From positions 1-30,203 of the IMG/VR virus record IMGVR_UViG_3300029171_000035: a stretch of DNA of 30,203 nt. One strand, 5' to 3'. Both the position numbers and the translations under genes were made by a program. Below the pieces are notes generated by a model, which searched no databases, had not been told where the DNA came from, and saw nothing but the letters and a program-made list of their open reading frames with translations. Below, in pieces: positions 8,148 through 16,802 of the stretch. Each line of letters begins with the position of its first letter. Position 1 is the stretch's first letter. This DNA is from a virus. Its lineage: Duplodnaviria > Caudoviricetes.

Positions 8148-8168
8148 TCAATTCGTTTCAACTCAACC

Positions 8169-8726
8169 TCAAGAGGCGAGGATGTCAGCAATCAGCGCCA
8201 CCCCTGCCGAGTAGGTAGCCCCAAGCGTCTGCGGCAGTTTGCCCTCGAACTCACCCTCAGGGGTAGAGAAGTTGACCATGAAAAAACCACCGTTTTCGTG
8301 GGCGTTGCGGATGGGACCGGCCACGATCTCCACCCCAACGTCCTTACCAACCACCTCCAAAGAATCAGCGTCCTTTCCCTTGTTCTCAACGAAGAGAACA
8401 AAGCGGCCACGTGCGAGTCGTTCAATGTTGTTTTTCTGCGCCTGTGTGCGCTCGTAGATAACCCATCCGAGGTTATGCTTGAATTGATTGATCCCGATAC
8501 CGGGGTTAATGACCTCTTCGGATTTCTTTACATCGTTACGGAAGCCGGTGAACTCATAGCCCCGCGTTCCGGTAGCCATCGTCACCTGGGTTATCTTGCC
8601 GTTGGTGTCGTCCCAGTCGGTGATATCGTCGAAGTTTACGGCAATCACGCGGGCGCGTGTGCCCCCTGCCGGTAGGTTGGCGCAATCTGCGGCGCTCCCT
8701 ACGTCAATGTTTGAACAGCCTGCCAT
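8169..8726 (-). CDS. major tail (tail tube) protein
   Basis: 185 aa, N-terminal C-x10-C...GG...V.NFDDI pattern that I associate with Bacteroidota phage tail tubes; followed by its own terminator, as expected for a highly expressed gene. Confidence 0.7.
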   Translation of the reverse strand: MAGCSNIDVGSAADCANLPAGGTRARVIAVNFDDITDWDDTNGKITQVTMATGTRGYEFTGFRNDVKKSEEVINPGIGINQFKHNLGWVIYERTQAQKNNIERLARGRFVLFVENKGKDADSLEVVGKDVGVEIVAGPIRNAHENGGFFMVNFSTPEGEFEGKLPQTLGATYSAGVALIADILAS

Positions 8727-8752
8727 CGTGGTATCTTTCCACGAACATACTA

Positions 8753-8986
8753 TTACTGGCAGTCCTGACCATTTCTAAAAAGTGAAATAGCCCGCCAAAT
8801 GGCAGATTCCGAGGAGTTGAACTCTTCGGCAAGAATAACCAAAGCCTCGGCCTGTGATTTTACAGTTTGCCGGACATCTAAAAACCTCTTGTATTGAATG
8901 AATTTGGCAAAATCGTAGTCCGTAATGACCCCAACCTCTAAGGCTAGTTGGGCGTGTCCTTCCTCGTACCACTCGAAAAGCGTCAT
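8753..8986 (-). CDS. small protein with a C-terminal helix-turn-helix
   Basis: QAEALVILAEEFNSSESAIWRAI fits an HTH pattern; ATGA overlap with the tape measure gene. Confidence 0.55.
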   Translation of the reverse strand: MTLFEWYEEGHAQLALEVGVITDYDFAKFIQYKRFLDVRQTVKSQAEALVILAEEFNSSESAIWRAISLFRNGQDCQ

Positions 8987-10878
8987 ATCGTAGCCCTTTC
9001 CACTACGCGCGCGCGCACCTGATCGAGTCGTTCTATGTCTTCGATCACAACGGCGACCTTCATCCGGTCAAAGGCGCGTCTTAGCATACGGTTGGAGTCG
9101 TCCGGCATAGGTATTCTCCCCCCTATGGCGAATCCTGTCTGCCCTGTGTTGGCGCGGGAAAACCCAGGCACCCCGATTTTTGCAAATGTCGCTGGCCCGC
9201 CTAATGCCGCCTGTTGGCGTTCGGTTAGCACCACCTCGCCGGTTTTCGCTGTGATAATCCTGTCATCCCCATTTGATCTTCTTATTTTGGCACCTATTCG
9301 TCCTTCGACCTTACCACCCTTAGAAAATCCCATTACGGCAGCCTCTGCAGCGCCGAAAGCAGCCTCCAAAAGTGCTACAATGATAGCGGCCCTGAATGCA
9401 CCCGTTGCGCCAAATGTTGCGATAGAGTCAGGGGTTGCAAGGGACTTACCAATAATCTCAGCTTGAAGTTGAGACTTGAGCATACGAAGGATGTTTATCA
9501 GGAACCCCTTGTATAGCGCAACCCCTATACTATTCCCCTGTTCGAGTAAACTTTTATAGACGTTGACCTGGTTAGCAAACAGGGTGGTCGTCCGGTCGGC
9601 TAGTTTCTCCTGATCTTTTATCTGCTTGTTTGCCGCATCCTCAGATGCCTTTACCCTGTCGTCGTATGACTTCTTGGCGTTTTTATCATCGGCTTCCCTG
9701 ATGGTTTTGTTATGCCCTAACCAATCTTCGGAAAGTGTTCCTGCTATCCGCTGGGTGTCTTCGTCTGTTTTTTTACCAAACTCCCTTCGGATTTTCTTGT
9801 CTATGTCCTGACGTTTCTTTTCCTGCGCATCGAGGATTTTGTCGTTCTTTTCTCTTTCGGCTTTGGCTGTTTTATTGACCGCGTCAGTCAAATCATCCTG
9901 CGCCCGGATGGCGGCTTGGATCAATCGCTCGGCCCGCCCCCGTTCACGGTTCAGGTTCTTTTCAGCCTGATTTACAGCCTCCTGTTTATCTTCGTTCTCC
10001 GGGTCTTTCGCCAAAATGTCTTTAGCTAACTGAAATTGTTTTTCAAGATTACCCGTTATTGCCGCCTGATTGTCTTTAAGGTTCTGGATGATCTCGTTAT
10101 GCAGGATCATCTTCTCGTTATACGTTGTTTGGACGCGTGAAATGGCAGAAAGTTTCTCCTGATTCTGCTCAAGTCTATCGGCGTTATCGGCGCGTATCTT
10201 TGTCTCACCCCTCTGCAAGTCTTGCTGTTTCTCCTGAATGAGGGCTATCTCCTTTGATTCTTCTTTGATTTTTTCAAGGTCAACACCCAAAGCCTTCAAG
10301 CCTAGCCTTGGTATCAATGTCCCTATGTTGAATTTTGAAGTGAATAAGTCAGCCAGCCTGTTACCTATCGTGGTCAAAGCACCCTCGCCGTCTTCTGCTG
10401 AAGATACCAAAGAAGCCAACTGATTTGTGAGCAATCCTGTGGCCGCACTTAATTGGTTCTGCGCAAATTCAAAATCTTTCGCGCCAATCGTGGAATTTTT
10501 GTAAGCTGAGAATAGCCCACCTAATACTGCAACGGTGGCCGTTACGGGATTGGCAAAACTAGCCAGCGACAACCCCGCTATATTTACCTGCTTGGTCTGC
10601 TCTGAAATCTGACCCGATAACTTTTCAAACGGACTCTTTAGCCCAGTGACCTTCCGCTGAGTCTCAGAATATGCCGCGCTTAGTTTCTTTTGATTCGCCT
10701 CAAGCCTGACAGACTCAGAAGCAAACTCCTTTATCGTAATGCTCCCCTCTTTGTATGCCCTTGATAACTGCGCTTGCTCCTGCTTGATATTCAAAATAGA
10801 GGTCTTCAGCTGTGCCAGCTTGGCAAAGTCACCCTCATCCTGATCGAGTTTAAGGTCTATAATTACTTCCTCGGTCAT
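8983..10878 (-). CDS. tail tape measure protein
   Basis: 631 aa; long A/E/K/Q-rich coiled coil with amphipathic/hydrophobic patches; C-terminal FSKGGKV...GDD...AKTGEVVL motif common in tape measures. Confidence 0.75.
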   Translation of the reverse strand: MTEEVIIDLKLDQDEGDFAKLAQLKTSILNIKQEQAQLSRAYKEGSITIKEFASESVRLEANQKKLSAAYSETQRKVTGLKSPFEKLSGQISEQTKQVNIAGLSLASFANPVTATVAVLGGLFSAYKNSTIGAKDFEFAQNQLSAATGLLTNQLASLVSSAEDGEGALTTIGNRLADLFTSKFNIGTLIPRLGLKALGVDLEKIKEESKEIALIQEKQQDLQRGETKIRADNADRLEQNQEKLSAISRVQTTYNEKMILHNEIIQNLKDNQAAITGNLEKQFQLAKDILAKDPENEDKQEAVNQAEKNLNRERGRAERLIQAAIRAQDDLTDAVNKTAKAEREKNDKILDAQEKKRQDIDKKIRREFGKKTDEDTQRIAGTLSEDWLGHNKTIREADDKNAKKSYDDRVKASEDAANKQIKDQEKLADRTTTLFANQVNVYKSLLEQGNSIGVALYKGFLINILRMLKSQLQAEIIGKSLATPDSIATFGATGAFRAAIIVALLEAAFGAAEAAVMGFSKGGKVEGRIGAKIRRSNGDDRIITAKTGEVVLTERQQAALGGPATFAKIGVPGFSRANTGQTGFAIGGRIPMPDDSNRMLRRAFDRMKVAVVIEDIERLDQVRARVVERATI

Positions 10879-12767
10879 ACTCTCATCATCGTTACCTCAG
10901 TCACCCTCCCGCGCACGTACTTAATCCTTGGCAGAATGTAATACGAGTCCCCGTCAAGAATCATCTTGAACGGATCAAAGTTAGCAATATCCTCAGGCTT
11001 CAAATAGTACAGTCTTGTAACCCATTTTTGGCGTTGTAACGAAGTGCCCAACCGGTTGTAGTAGTTGTCAAGGAAGTACTGAAAGCCCGTATCTTTCGCC
11101 TCTCCGGGGTCCACAAAGTACCCCACCTTGTAGTCGGAACGCGCTACCCCTGAAAACGTAATAGAAGACTCCCCCGCCGCCTTATCCCTGATAGTCAGCA
11201 ACCGGAGTTCGGGCGAGTTAGCAAAGTCGGAAATCCCCGTCGAGCCAGAGTCATAGACTTCTATCAGCGCCTTGTTCCCCCCTGAGTATTCCGCAGTCAA
11301 GGCGTTACCAAAGGCAGAAGAGAAAATAGTTTTCTGTGCCGGAAGGTTCTCGTCAGGGATGTCTATGAATCCAGACCCCAGGGTTTCGTCATCGGCCTGG
11401 TCCTGATAGCTGAACTCGTTTTCCTGCGCATAGCCGTCATCAAATTCAATCGAGGTGTTATGCTTCACCCTCTTAGTGGTCCAGTCCACAAAATCCCCAT
11501 CGTCCATAATGGCCTCGATCGTTTTCATGTACAGTACCCCGTTCTGTTGCTTGTATATGATCCCGAACCGCGCCGTGAAATCCTTGATAACATCCTCTTG
11601 TGTGATCGAGGGTAAAAGCACATTCCAGTTAACGCTTGTACGGCTTACAGCAACTGGGGAAGTCATTTTAAACTTTGTCGCCGAGTCAGGGAAAACCGCT
11701 GTCCATGCCCTAAAGTCTACGTCTATCCCGTTAGATGAGGCGTTGGTGATCCTGACATAAAACGTGTCGCCAGCAGATAAGATTTCCTCATAGGCGACAA
11801 GGGTTTCGCTGTACCCGGTGCCTACAGGGTGGCTTATGTCGTTGATTGAAATAGTACTGTGTGAGGTGCCGTTTACAACAAACTCTATGTTAAAAAAATC
11901 CAACGGGTTAGGCCATACATTCACATCGAAACCTATCGTACACTCTAGTCTGACGTTCAGAAAATCTCCAGAAATACCTATGCTTGGAATTGTACCCACC
12001 CCTGTTACCGGGTTGTAAACATCAAGTTCAGACAGATGGAACCCGTCACCTGAGACCTTTTCAAAGATGATCGTGTAATTGGTGGCTGTGTTGATGATTT
12101 GGTTAAAGGTTGTTGCTACTGTAGCGTTAAAAGAGAAAGGCTTCCCGTAGCTTTCCGGGTACTCAAACTTGTCTGCCCCGTATGGAATTACTAATTCTAA
12201 AAAATCATCAGATGTCAGAATATCCCCTGAAAGAGTTAGCCCGGTGCTTTCAAGAATCGAAGTCACCAGGTCGTGATAATAGAAACTCGGCAGGAAGTAA
12301 GCGAACTGGTAGATAGCCCCAGGTTTGCCCCAATTCAGCACAACGGTAACAATCCCTGATGTGGCCAGCCGGTTAGTGTCTATGTTCGTAGCCTGAAAAG
12401 CAGATACAGGCAGGTAGTTAAGTTCTGAAATCTGTTTGCCTTTGATAAAGGTAAAAAGGTCAATGCGGTTGTCGTAGATAACGATCTCATACCCTTCGTC
12501 GGTCACCTCGTTTACTACCGCGAACCCGTCAGGAATCACCTCTAACCCGTCTACATAGCGGGCGGGGATCATCGTATATACTCTGTCGCCAAGGGAATTA
12601 ACTTCCCCGCAAAGTTCCATGATCGCGTTATTCGTTGATGTCTTCGGAAGTGTTATCCGTGAGGAATACGACAGTTTAATTCCCTTTAACAGGTCAACGG
12701 CAATATTGATCCCGACCTTGGTATCGACTGGTAAATCACATTGAACGCCATCAAGGTACAGTTTCAC
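10875..12767 (-). CDS. tail tip / baseplate hub-like structural protein
   Basis: 630 aa; N-terminal LYLDG..DL...YSSRITLPKTSTNNAI motif recurrent in siphovirus tail proteins; adjacent to the tape measure gene. Confidence 0.6.
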   Translation of the reverse strand: MKLYLDGVQCDLPVDTKVGINIAVDLLKGIKLSYSSRITLPKTSTNNAIMELCGEVNSLGDRVYTMIPARYVDGLEVIPDGFAVVNEVTDEGYEIVIYDNRIDLFTFIKGKQISELNYLPVSAFQATNIDTNRLATSGIVTVVLNWGKPGAIYQFAYFLPSFYYHDLVTSILESTGLTLSGDILTSDDFLELVIPYGADKFEYPESYGKPFSFNATVATTFNQIINTATNYTIIFEKVSGDGFHLSELDVYNPVTGVGTIPSIGISGDFLNVRLECTIGFDVNVWPNPLDFFNIEFVVNGTSHSTISINDISHPVGTGYSETLVAYEEILSAGDTFYVRITNASSNGIDVDFRAWTAVFPDSATKFKMTSPVAVSRTSVNWNVLLPSITQEDVIKDFTARFGIIYKQQNGVLYMKTIEAIMDDGDFVDWTTKRVKHNTSIEFDDGYAQENEFSYQDQADDETLGSGFIDIPDENLPAQKTIFSSAFGNALTAEYSGGNKALIEVYDSGSTGISDFANSPELRLLTIRDKAAGESSITFSGVARSDYKVGYFVDPGEAKDTGFQYFLDNYYNRLGTSLQRQKWVTRLYYLKPEDIANFDPFKMILDGDSYYILPRIKYVRGRVTEVTMMRV

Positions 12768-13792
12768 AAAAGAAGGTTAGGGATTTGTTCGTATTTCAAG
12801 CGGGCCTCGAAGTTGTGGCGCGACATTTTGGTCATCGTCTCCTGATCGTCAGGTTCAACAAAGACATTAATTTCATTTGTTGCATCGGTCATGTCCACCA
12901 CATACGCCCCTGACTTCTGATTTTCCCCGTACTCGATGCCGTCTTTGTTAAGTTCCTCAAGCATCTGCCATTGCTCCATCGTAAGCCCATCGGTAGAAAC
13001 GGTGAGCACCTTATCCCTCCACATCAACTGCGGGGACAGTTCATAGATTTGGTTATAAGAGAACAGCCACGAGGACAGCCCCCCAAGGTCATTAATCCAT
13101 TTGAGGTAAACAGGTCTGACACATGAAAGCGTGACTAGTTCCACCTCTATCGAACACACGTAAGCCGCAGCGCTCGCAGACCAAACCTTAACATGGCCGC
13201 CTTCGGAAAAGGTGGAATCAAAAGACTGTAGCCCGGCAAACGACCCGTTGAACCCACCCAGTAAAATCGTGCCTCCCGAAGTCGGAAGATAGTCCACACG
13301 CGAAGCCACCCCTAAGTCCGCTGCTGACAAAAACTCTATGTATGCCTTACGCCCTGCGAAGACATAAAGCTTAGAAGTAGGGATCAGAAATTTATTTAGC
13401 GCCCCGCCCGCCGCCGTGATTTCAAACTGTGTGCGGTGATTGAGTCCGTGGTCAACCCCACAATAGGCGTAGATAACGTCTGAGGATAGTGGTACCTGGG
13501 CATCGGAACCACCCTCCCAAACGGCCTGATATTTTACATAGGTGGTTTTTATTCTCCCTGACGTAGCCTCGGCAAGGGTCAGCGCGGCCCGGATCATGGG
13601 TGCTATATCGGCCCTGATGACAAGCGAAGCATCAGGCCGGAACTCGGCGACAGGAACAGATAACCCGTTCATTTCTATCTCTACCCTGTAATTAGGTTTT
13701 CCTGAAATAGAGGCTTCGGTGAACTGGTAAATAAGTTCTCCACCTCCTACGGGACGGAAGCCATCGGGTGCGCTATTGACTGTTAAGCCCAT
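12764..13792 (-). CDS. minor tail (distal-tail-like) protein
   Basis: 342 aa; motif YLKWINDLGGLSSWLF typical of Bacteroidota phage tail proteins; position in the tail module. Confidence 0.55.
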   Translation of the reverse strand: MGLTVNSAPDGFRPVGGGELIYQFTEASISGKPNYRVEIEMNGLSVPVAEFRPDASLVIRADIAPMIRAALTLAEATSGRIKTTYVKYQAVWEGGSDAQVPLSSDVIYAYCGVDHGLNHRTQFEITAAGGALNKFLIPTSKLYVFAGRKAYIEFLSAADLGVASRVDYLPTSGGTILLGGFNGSFAGLQSFDSTFSEGGHVKVWSASAAAYVCSIEVELVTLSCVRPVYLKWINDLGGLSSWLFSYNQIYELSPQLMWRDKVLTVSTDGLTMEQWQMLEELNKDGIEYGENQKSGAYVVDMTDATNEINVFVEPDDQETMTKMSRHNFEARLKYEQIPNLLL

Positions 13793-14240
13793 CTGATCTA
13801 AATACTGTGTTTAATACCATTGTCGCCTCGTTTCTTGCAATGACTTTCAACAGGTCTGGCATATTTTGTTCCATTGCCCCAAGGAAGTCAACACCAGGTT
13901 TCTTTCCCTTGAAAATATCTGTCCCCTCGCGCGCGATCTTGCGTCCGATTATAAAAGCTAGTCCTTGTTCTGTGATGTTTTTGAAAATCTGTTTTGCGCT
14001 TTGAAACTTGTCAGGATTCTTTTTCACCCAATCCAGCATACGGTCAGGCGGAGGTTGTTTGCCTGGTCCCCGACCTAATACCAGATACTTGAAGTAGTCA
14101 GCGGCCCAAAGTTTCCCTCCTTCCTCGCTTGACTCAACCCTGAACCCCTCAGGTATAGCCTGTCCCTTGGCCTGTGCATCAGCTTTGATGGCCTCAACGG
14201 TTTTATCCAGATACAGTCTTATGGCTTCTTGTGTCAGCAT
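13773..14240 (-). CDS. neck / tail-completion protein (HK97 gp10-like position)
   Basis: GRGPGKQPP...WVKK...LAFIIGRKIAREGT motif common in phage neck proteins. Confidence 0.6.
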   Translation of the reverse strand: MLTQEAIRLYLDKTVEAIKADAQAKGQAIPEGFRVESSEEGGKLWAADYFKYLVLGRGPGKQPPPDRMLDWVKKNPDKFQSAKQIFKNITEQGLAFIIGRKIAREGTDIFKGKKPGVDFLGAMEQNMPDLLKVIARNEATMVLNTVFRSDGLNSQ

Positions 14241-14695
14241 ATCCCCTCGCGTACCGGTAACTGTATGGTATAAGACACCCCGAACAAATGATCGGCAAGG
14301 AAAGCGTATTCGGGCCTGATCGTAAAGGGCACATCGTCAACCTCTGGGTCGATAACATCATCGGCTTCATCAGAACTCAAAAGGTTTTTGATGAAAGATT
14401 TGGCCAGCGCCCGCATCGGCTCAAGGTACAGCGACTCTAATTCAATCTTACGGAAGTTTGTCGAGTCTTTTGGGATAGGTTTTAATATCCACCCCCGCAG
14501 AGGAACCGTAAGTTTTACCCTTCCGTTCAGCCAAACCCCGGAGGTTGTAAACGGCTCCATGACGTGACAAGGATACAGCCCGGTCTCAAACGACTTGTTG
14601 AAAGCGTTGAACTCTGTAAGGTCGGCGAACTGGAATTGCTTAATCCCTATCCCTACCGCCGTATTTGCCTGCTGTATGGCTTCAAGGATTGTCAT
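14234..14695 (-). CDS. putative tail terminator / head-tail joining protein
   Basis: 153 aa; size, position and C-terminal beta-strand GVSYTIQL. Confidence 0.45.
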   Translation of the reverse strand: MTILEAIQQANTAVGIGIKQFQFADLTEFNAFNKSFETGLYPCHVMEPFTTSGVWLNGRVKLTVPLRGWILKPIPKDSTNFRKIELESLYLEPMRALAKSFIKNLLSSDEADDVIDPEVDDVPFTIRPEYAFLADHLFGVSYTIQLPVREGIC

Positions 14696-14891
14696 CTACG
14701 ATACCGTTTACTTTACAAAAATAGGCGAATCCTTCGTTAACTGTGGCCGCCGTCGAGTTAAAGCCCGCAGAATATGCACGCCTGATCCAATGCGATATTA
14801 CAGGGGTAAACCGTTCGATGGCTTGGTTTATCTCCTTTTTTTCTTCCTCGATGTGCTTTGTGTGCTCCGGCCCCCATTCTTCGTGTACCAT
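14682..14891 (-). CDS. hypothetical protein
   Basis: 69-aa ORF packed between the fibre and neck genes. Confidence 0.5.
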   Translation of the reverse strand: MVHEEWGPEHTKHIEEEKKEINQAIERFTPVISHWIRRAYSAGFNSTAATVNEGFAYFCKVNGIVDDNP

Positions 14892-14893
14892 AC

Positions 14894-15856
14894 CTATGCG
14901 ATTTTTTCTACCACCAAAGTTAACCCGGCGCGGGCAGTTATCACCGCCGTAGTCTCTGACCTGAATCGTAACTGCGCCGTCCCTGAATTAGCGCCCGTAA
15001 CAAGTAATCCATGCCCTGTAACCGGGTAATTGCCCGTACCAGGGAGTCCAGAACTCACCCCTACCGAAGCATCGTCAGCGATAGAGTGCCCCCCTGATAG
15101 TGTGCCCGTTGAAGCAAGTTGATGAAAAAACTGAACGTCTATCGCCGTTACAGCACTTGATAAATCAAACTGGAACCCGCATCCCGTAGTGGCCGCCGCA
15201 GGCGACACCCGCCCCATAAACCAAATCCTGTACTTAGAGTTAGCCGCATAAGAGAACACCAGTCCTGTCAAAGTAACGGGTGTTGTATTGGCCCCTGTGG
15301 CCTGATCGGAGGCAAGGGTAGCAACGGTCGGAGGTGTCGCGCCGGCGTGTGTATGAGAGCTGATCTCGCCCGTTAGTTTAGCTTCTATCTCAGCTTTGGT
15401 TATGTCTGAATTTTTCTGAGCGTTGGCCGGGGCGTGTGCGGCCCCTATGTGTGACTGGATATTAGCGTTAGCGGGTTCGTAAGTTCCGTCATGGTTATGA
15501 CTGACGGGGGAATATACCCCGTTGTGGTTATGACCCAATGAAGCGTAAGCGCCATCGTGATTATGGTTTAATGCTGAATATGAACCATCGTGATTGTGAG
15601 CCGTTGGGGTGCGGGCATCGCTTAACCGTGAATCATTATCGGCAACAGGAGTAAACCCAAGCGCGTTCTGTTTCCCGTTCCATGTGCCCTTCTCCGTGTC
15701 GCTGACAAACCTGTGTGTAGCATCCTGTTGTATGGTCTCAGGGTCGCCGTCATAGCCTCCTACCGATTGGGCCAACTCGGTGAAGTTGGCGTTAATGGCT
15801 GCGACAAGTTCCTTAAAAACCCACCGGAACCTACTGGGATGCTTGATCTCTATCAT
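14894..15856 (-). CDS. fibre protein (head/collar fibre-like) with His-rich repeats
   Basis: N-terminal AINANFTEL motif, THRFVSDTEKGTWNGKQ and DSRLSDARTPTAH fibre motifs, four HNHD/NG repeats, beta-rich C-domain. Confidence 0.65.
   Translation of the reverse strand: MIEIKHPSRFRWVFKELVAAINANFTELAQSVGGYDGDPETIQQDATHRFVSDTEKGTWNGKQNALGFTPVADNDSRLSDARTPTAHNHDGSYSALNHNHDGAYASLGHNHNGVYSPVSHNHDGTYEPANANIQSHIGAAHAPANAQKNSDITKAEIEAKLTGEISSHTHAGATPPTVATLASDQATGANTTPVTLTGLVFSYAANSKYRIWFMGRVSPAAATTGCGFQFDLSSAVTAIDVQFFHQLASTGTLSGGHSIADDASVGVSSGLPGTGNYPVTGHGLLVTGANSGTAQLRFRSETTAVITARAGLTLVVEKIA
15478..15600 (-). repeat. four 11-aa (33-nt) imperfect coding repeats HNH[DN]GxYxxxx
   Basis: HNHDGSYSALN-HNHDGAYASLG-HNHNGVYSPVS-HNHDGTYEP; boundaries approximate. 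Confidence 0.85.
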
Positions 15857-16151
15857 TCAGTTGATTCCAAATGTCGTGAAACCGTTCGTTAAACTCATCC
15901 CTTTCCTTATATGCACACGAAAAATTGATAACCGTCCGAAATGAAACCTTCCAAAAAACTTCATCAGGGTCCATAGCAAACCTTTCCGAATAGTCTCCTA
16001 TGAGGTAAAGGTCCGAGAACGCCGCGAGTCTGCCCCCCTTAGCCATAGCCGCCACATTCGTGCGAGCCTCGCGCTTAGGTTGGTCAGGATTCGGCTTAAG
16101 AAGTTCGGCCGCCTCCTCCCATAACTTAGGACACGATTCAGCAAAAAAAAA
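15831..16151 (-). CDS. tail assembly chaperone 'T' segment, reached by -1 frameshift
   Basis: The -1 frame is open from the T9 tract at 16143-16151 (FAESCPKLWEEAAELLKP...) into the 15831..16055 ORF. Confidence 0.65.
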   Translation of the reverse strand, partial: FFFAESCPKLWEEAAELLKPNPDQPKREARTNVAAMAKGGRLAAFSDLYLIGDYSERFAMDPDEVFWKVSFRTVINFSCAYKERDEFNERFHDIWNQLNDRDQASQ

Positions 16152-16660
16152 CCTATCGGGTAAATCTCCCTTGCGGGCATCTTCCGAATGAACTTATCTA
16201 GTTCCTTAGCGCGGGCATAGTCGAACTTGGCCCCGTCAAACAACGGTTGCAACATAATAGCCGCCGCCATGCTAAGGCATTCATCCTGGTACTTTGCTTT
16301 CTCAAGTAGTTGCCTGCCAGTTATCATCTGCCCGATAGACAACTCCCCTATATCTTTAGGGATTTCAACGGTGCGCGAATCAATTACAATAGAATCAGGT
16401 ACTTCAGTCGGATAGTTGCAAGGCTCCTCGTTCACCCACCGGGTCAACTCATATACGGCAACTTCTTTCTGTGGCGTTGGGTTTACTTCCCTGAAAGGAG
16501 TACCCGTTAAAATGCACAAGAGTTTGAAGTAGTCGCGTTCGTGTACTTCCTTGTCTAGTTCCCAATGGGAAAAGATTTTCTGATATGCTTCTGTGGATAG
16601 TCTATTCCACCCATCGGGGCACAAGGCCCGCAGCTCGGTAAAGGTTATCGCCCTTACCAT
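15998..16660 (-). CDS. tail assembly chaperone 'G' (putative)
   Basis: 220 aa; ends ...YPIGFFL followed by an Arg-rich, low-quality tail; slippery T9 tract at GFF. Confidence 0.6.
   Translation of the reverse strand: MVRAITFTELRALCPDGWNRLSTEAYQKIFSHWELDKEVHERDYFKLLCILTGTPFREVNPTPQKEVAVYELTRWVNEEPCNYPTEVPDSIVIDSRTVEIPKDIGELSIGQMITGRQLLEKAKYQDECLSMAAAIMLQPLFDGAKFDYARAKELDKFIRKMPAREIYPIGFFLLNRVLSYGRRRPNFLSRILTNLSARLARMWRLWLRGADSRRSRTFTS
16143..16151 (-). promoter_or_regulatory. slippery sequence T TTT TTT (T9) for programmed -1 frameshift or transcriptional slippage
   Basis: Minus strand ATA GGT TTT TTT TTG; the -1 frame is open for ~105 codons. Confidence 0.7.
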
Positions 16661-16791
16661 GACAGGCTAAAGACCTCCCACCACACCCTGCACAAAAACC
16701 CGAAAAGCAACGCAGAGGTTAAAAAAATGAGGATAGAAACTGTGATAAATCGGACCCATTGCATGAATCCTTGTGGCCGTATTTGTTCCAT
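16654..16791 (-). CDS. small single-TM protein (45 aa), missed by the ORF track
   Basis: MEQIRPQGFMQWVRFITVSILIFLTSALLFGFLCRVWWEVFSLSW fills the gap between the adaptor and chaperone genes and overlaps the next start. Confidence 0.55.
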   Translation of the reverse strand: MEQIRPQGFMQWVRFITVSILIFLTSALLFGFLCRVWWEVFSLSW

Positions 16792-16802
16792 TTGATAATT
16801 GA

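Noticed and set aside
8281-8290. Slippery-like T TTT TTC in the tail tube gene
   Set aside because: The -1 frame reaches a stop within about 8 codons, giving no plausible extension.
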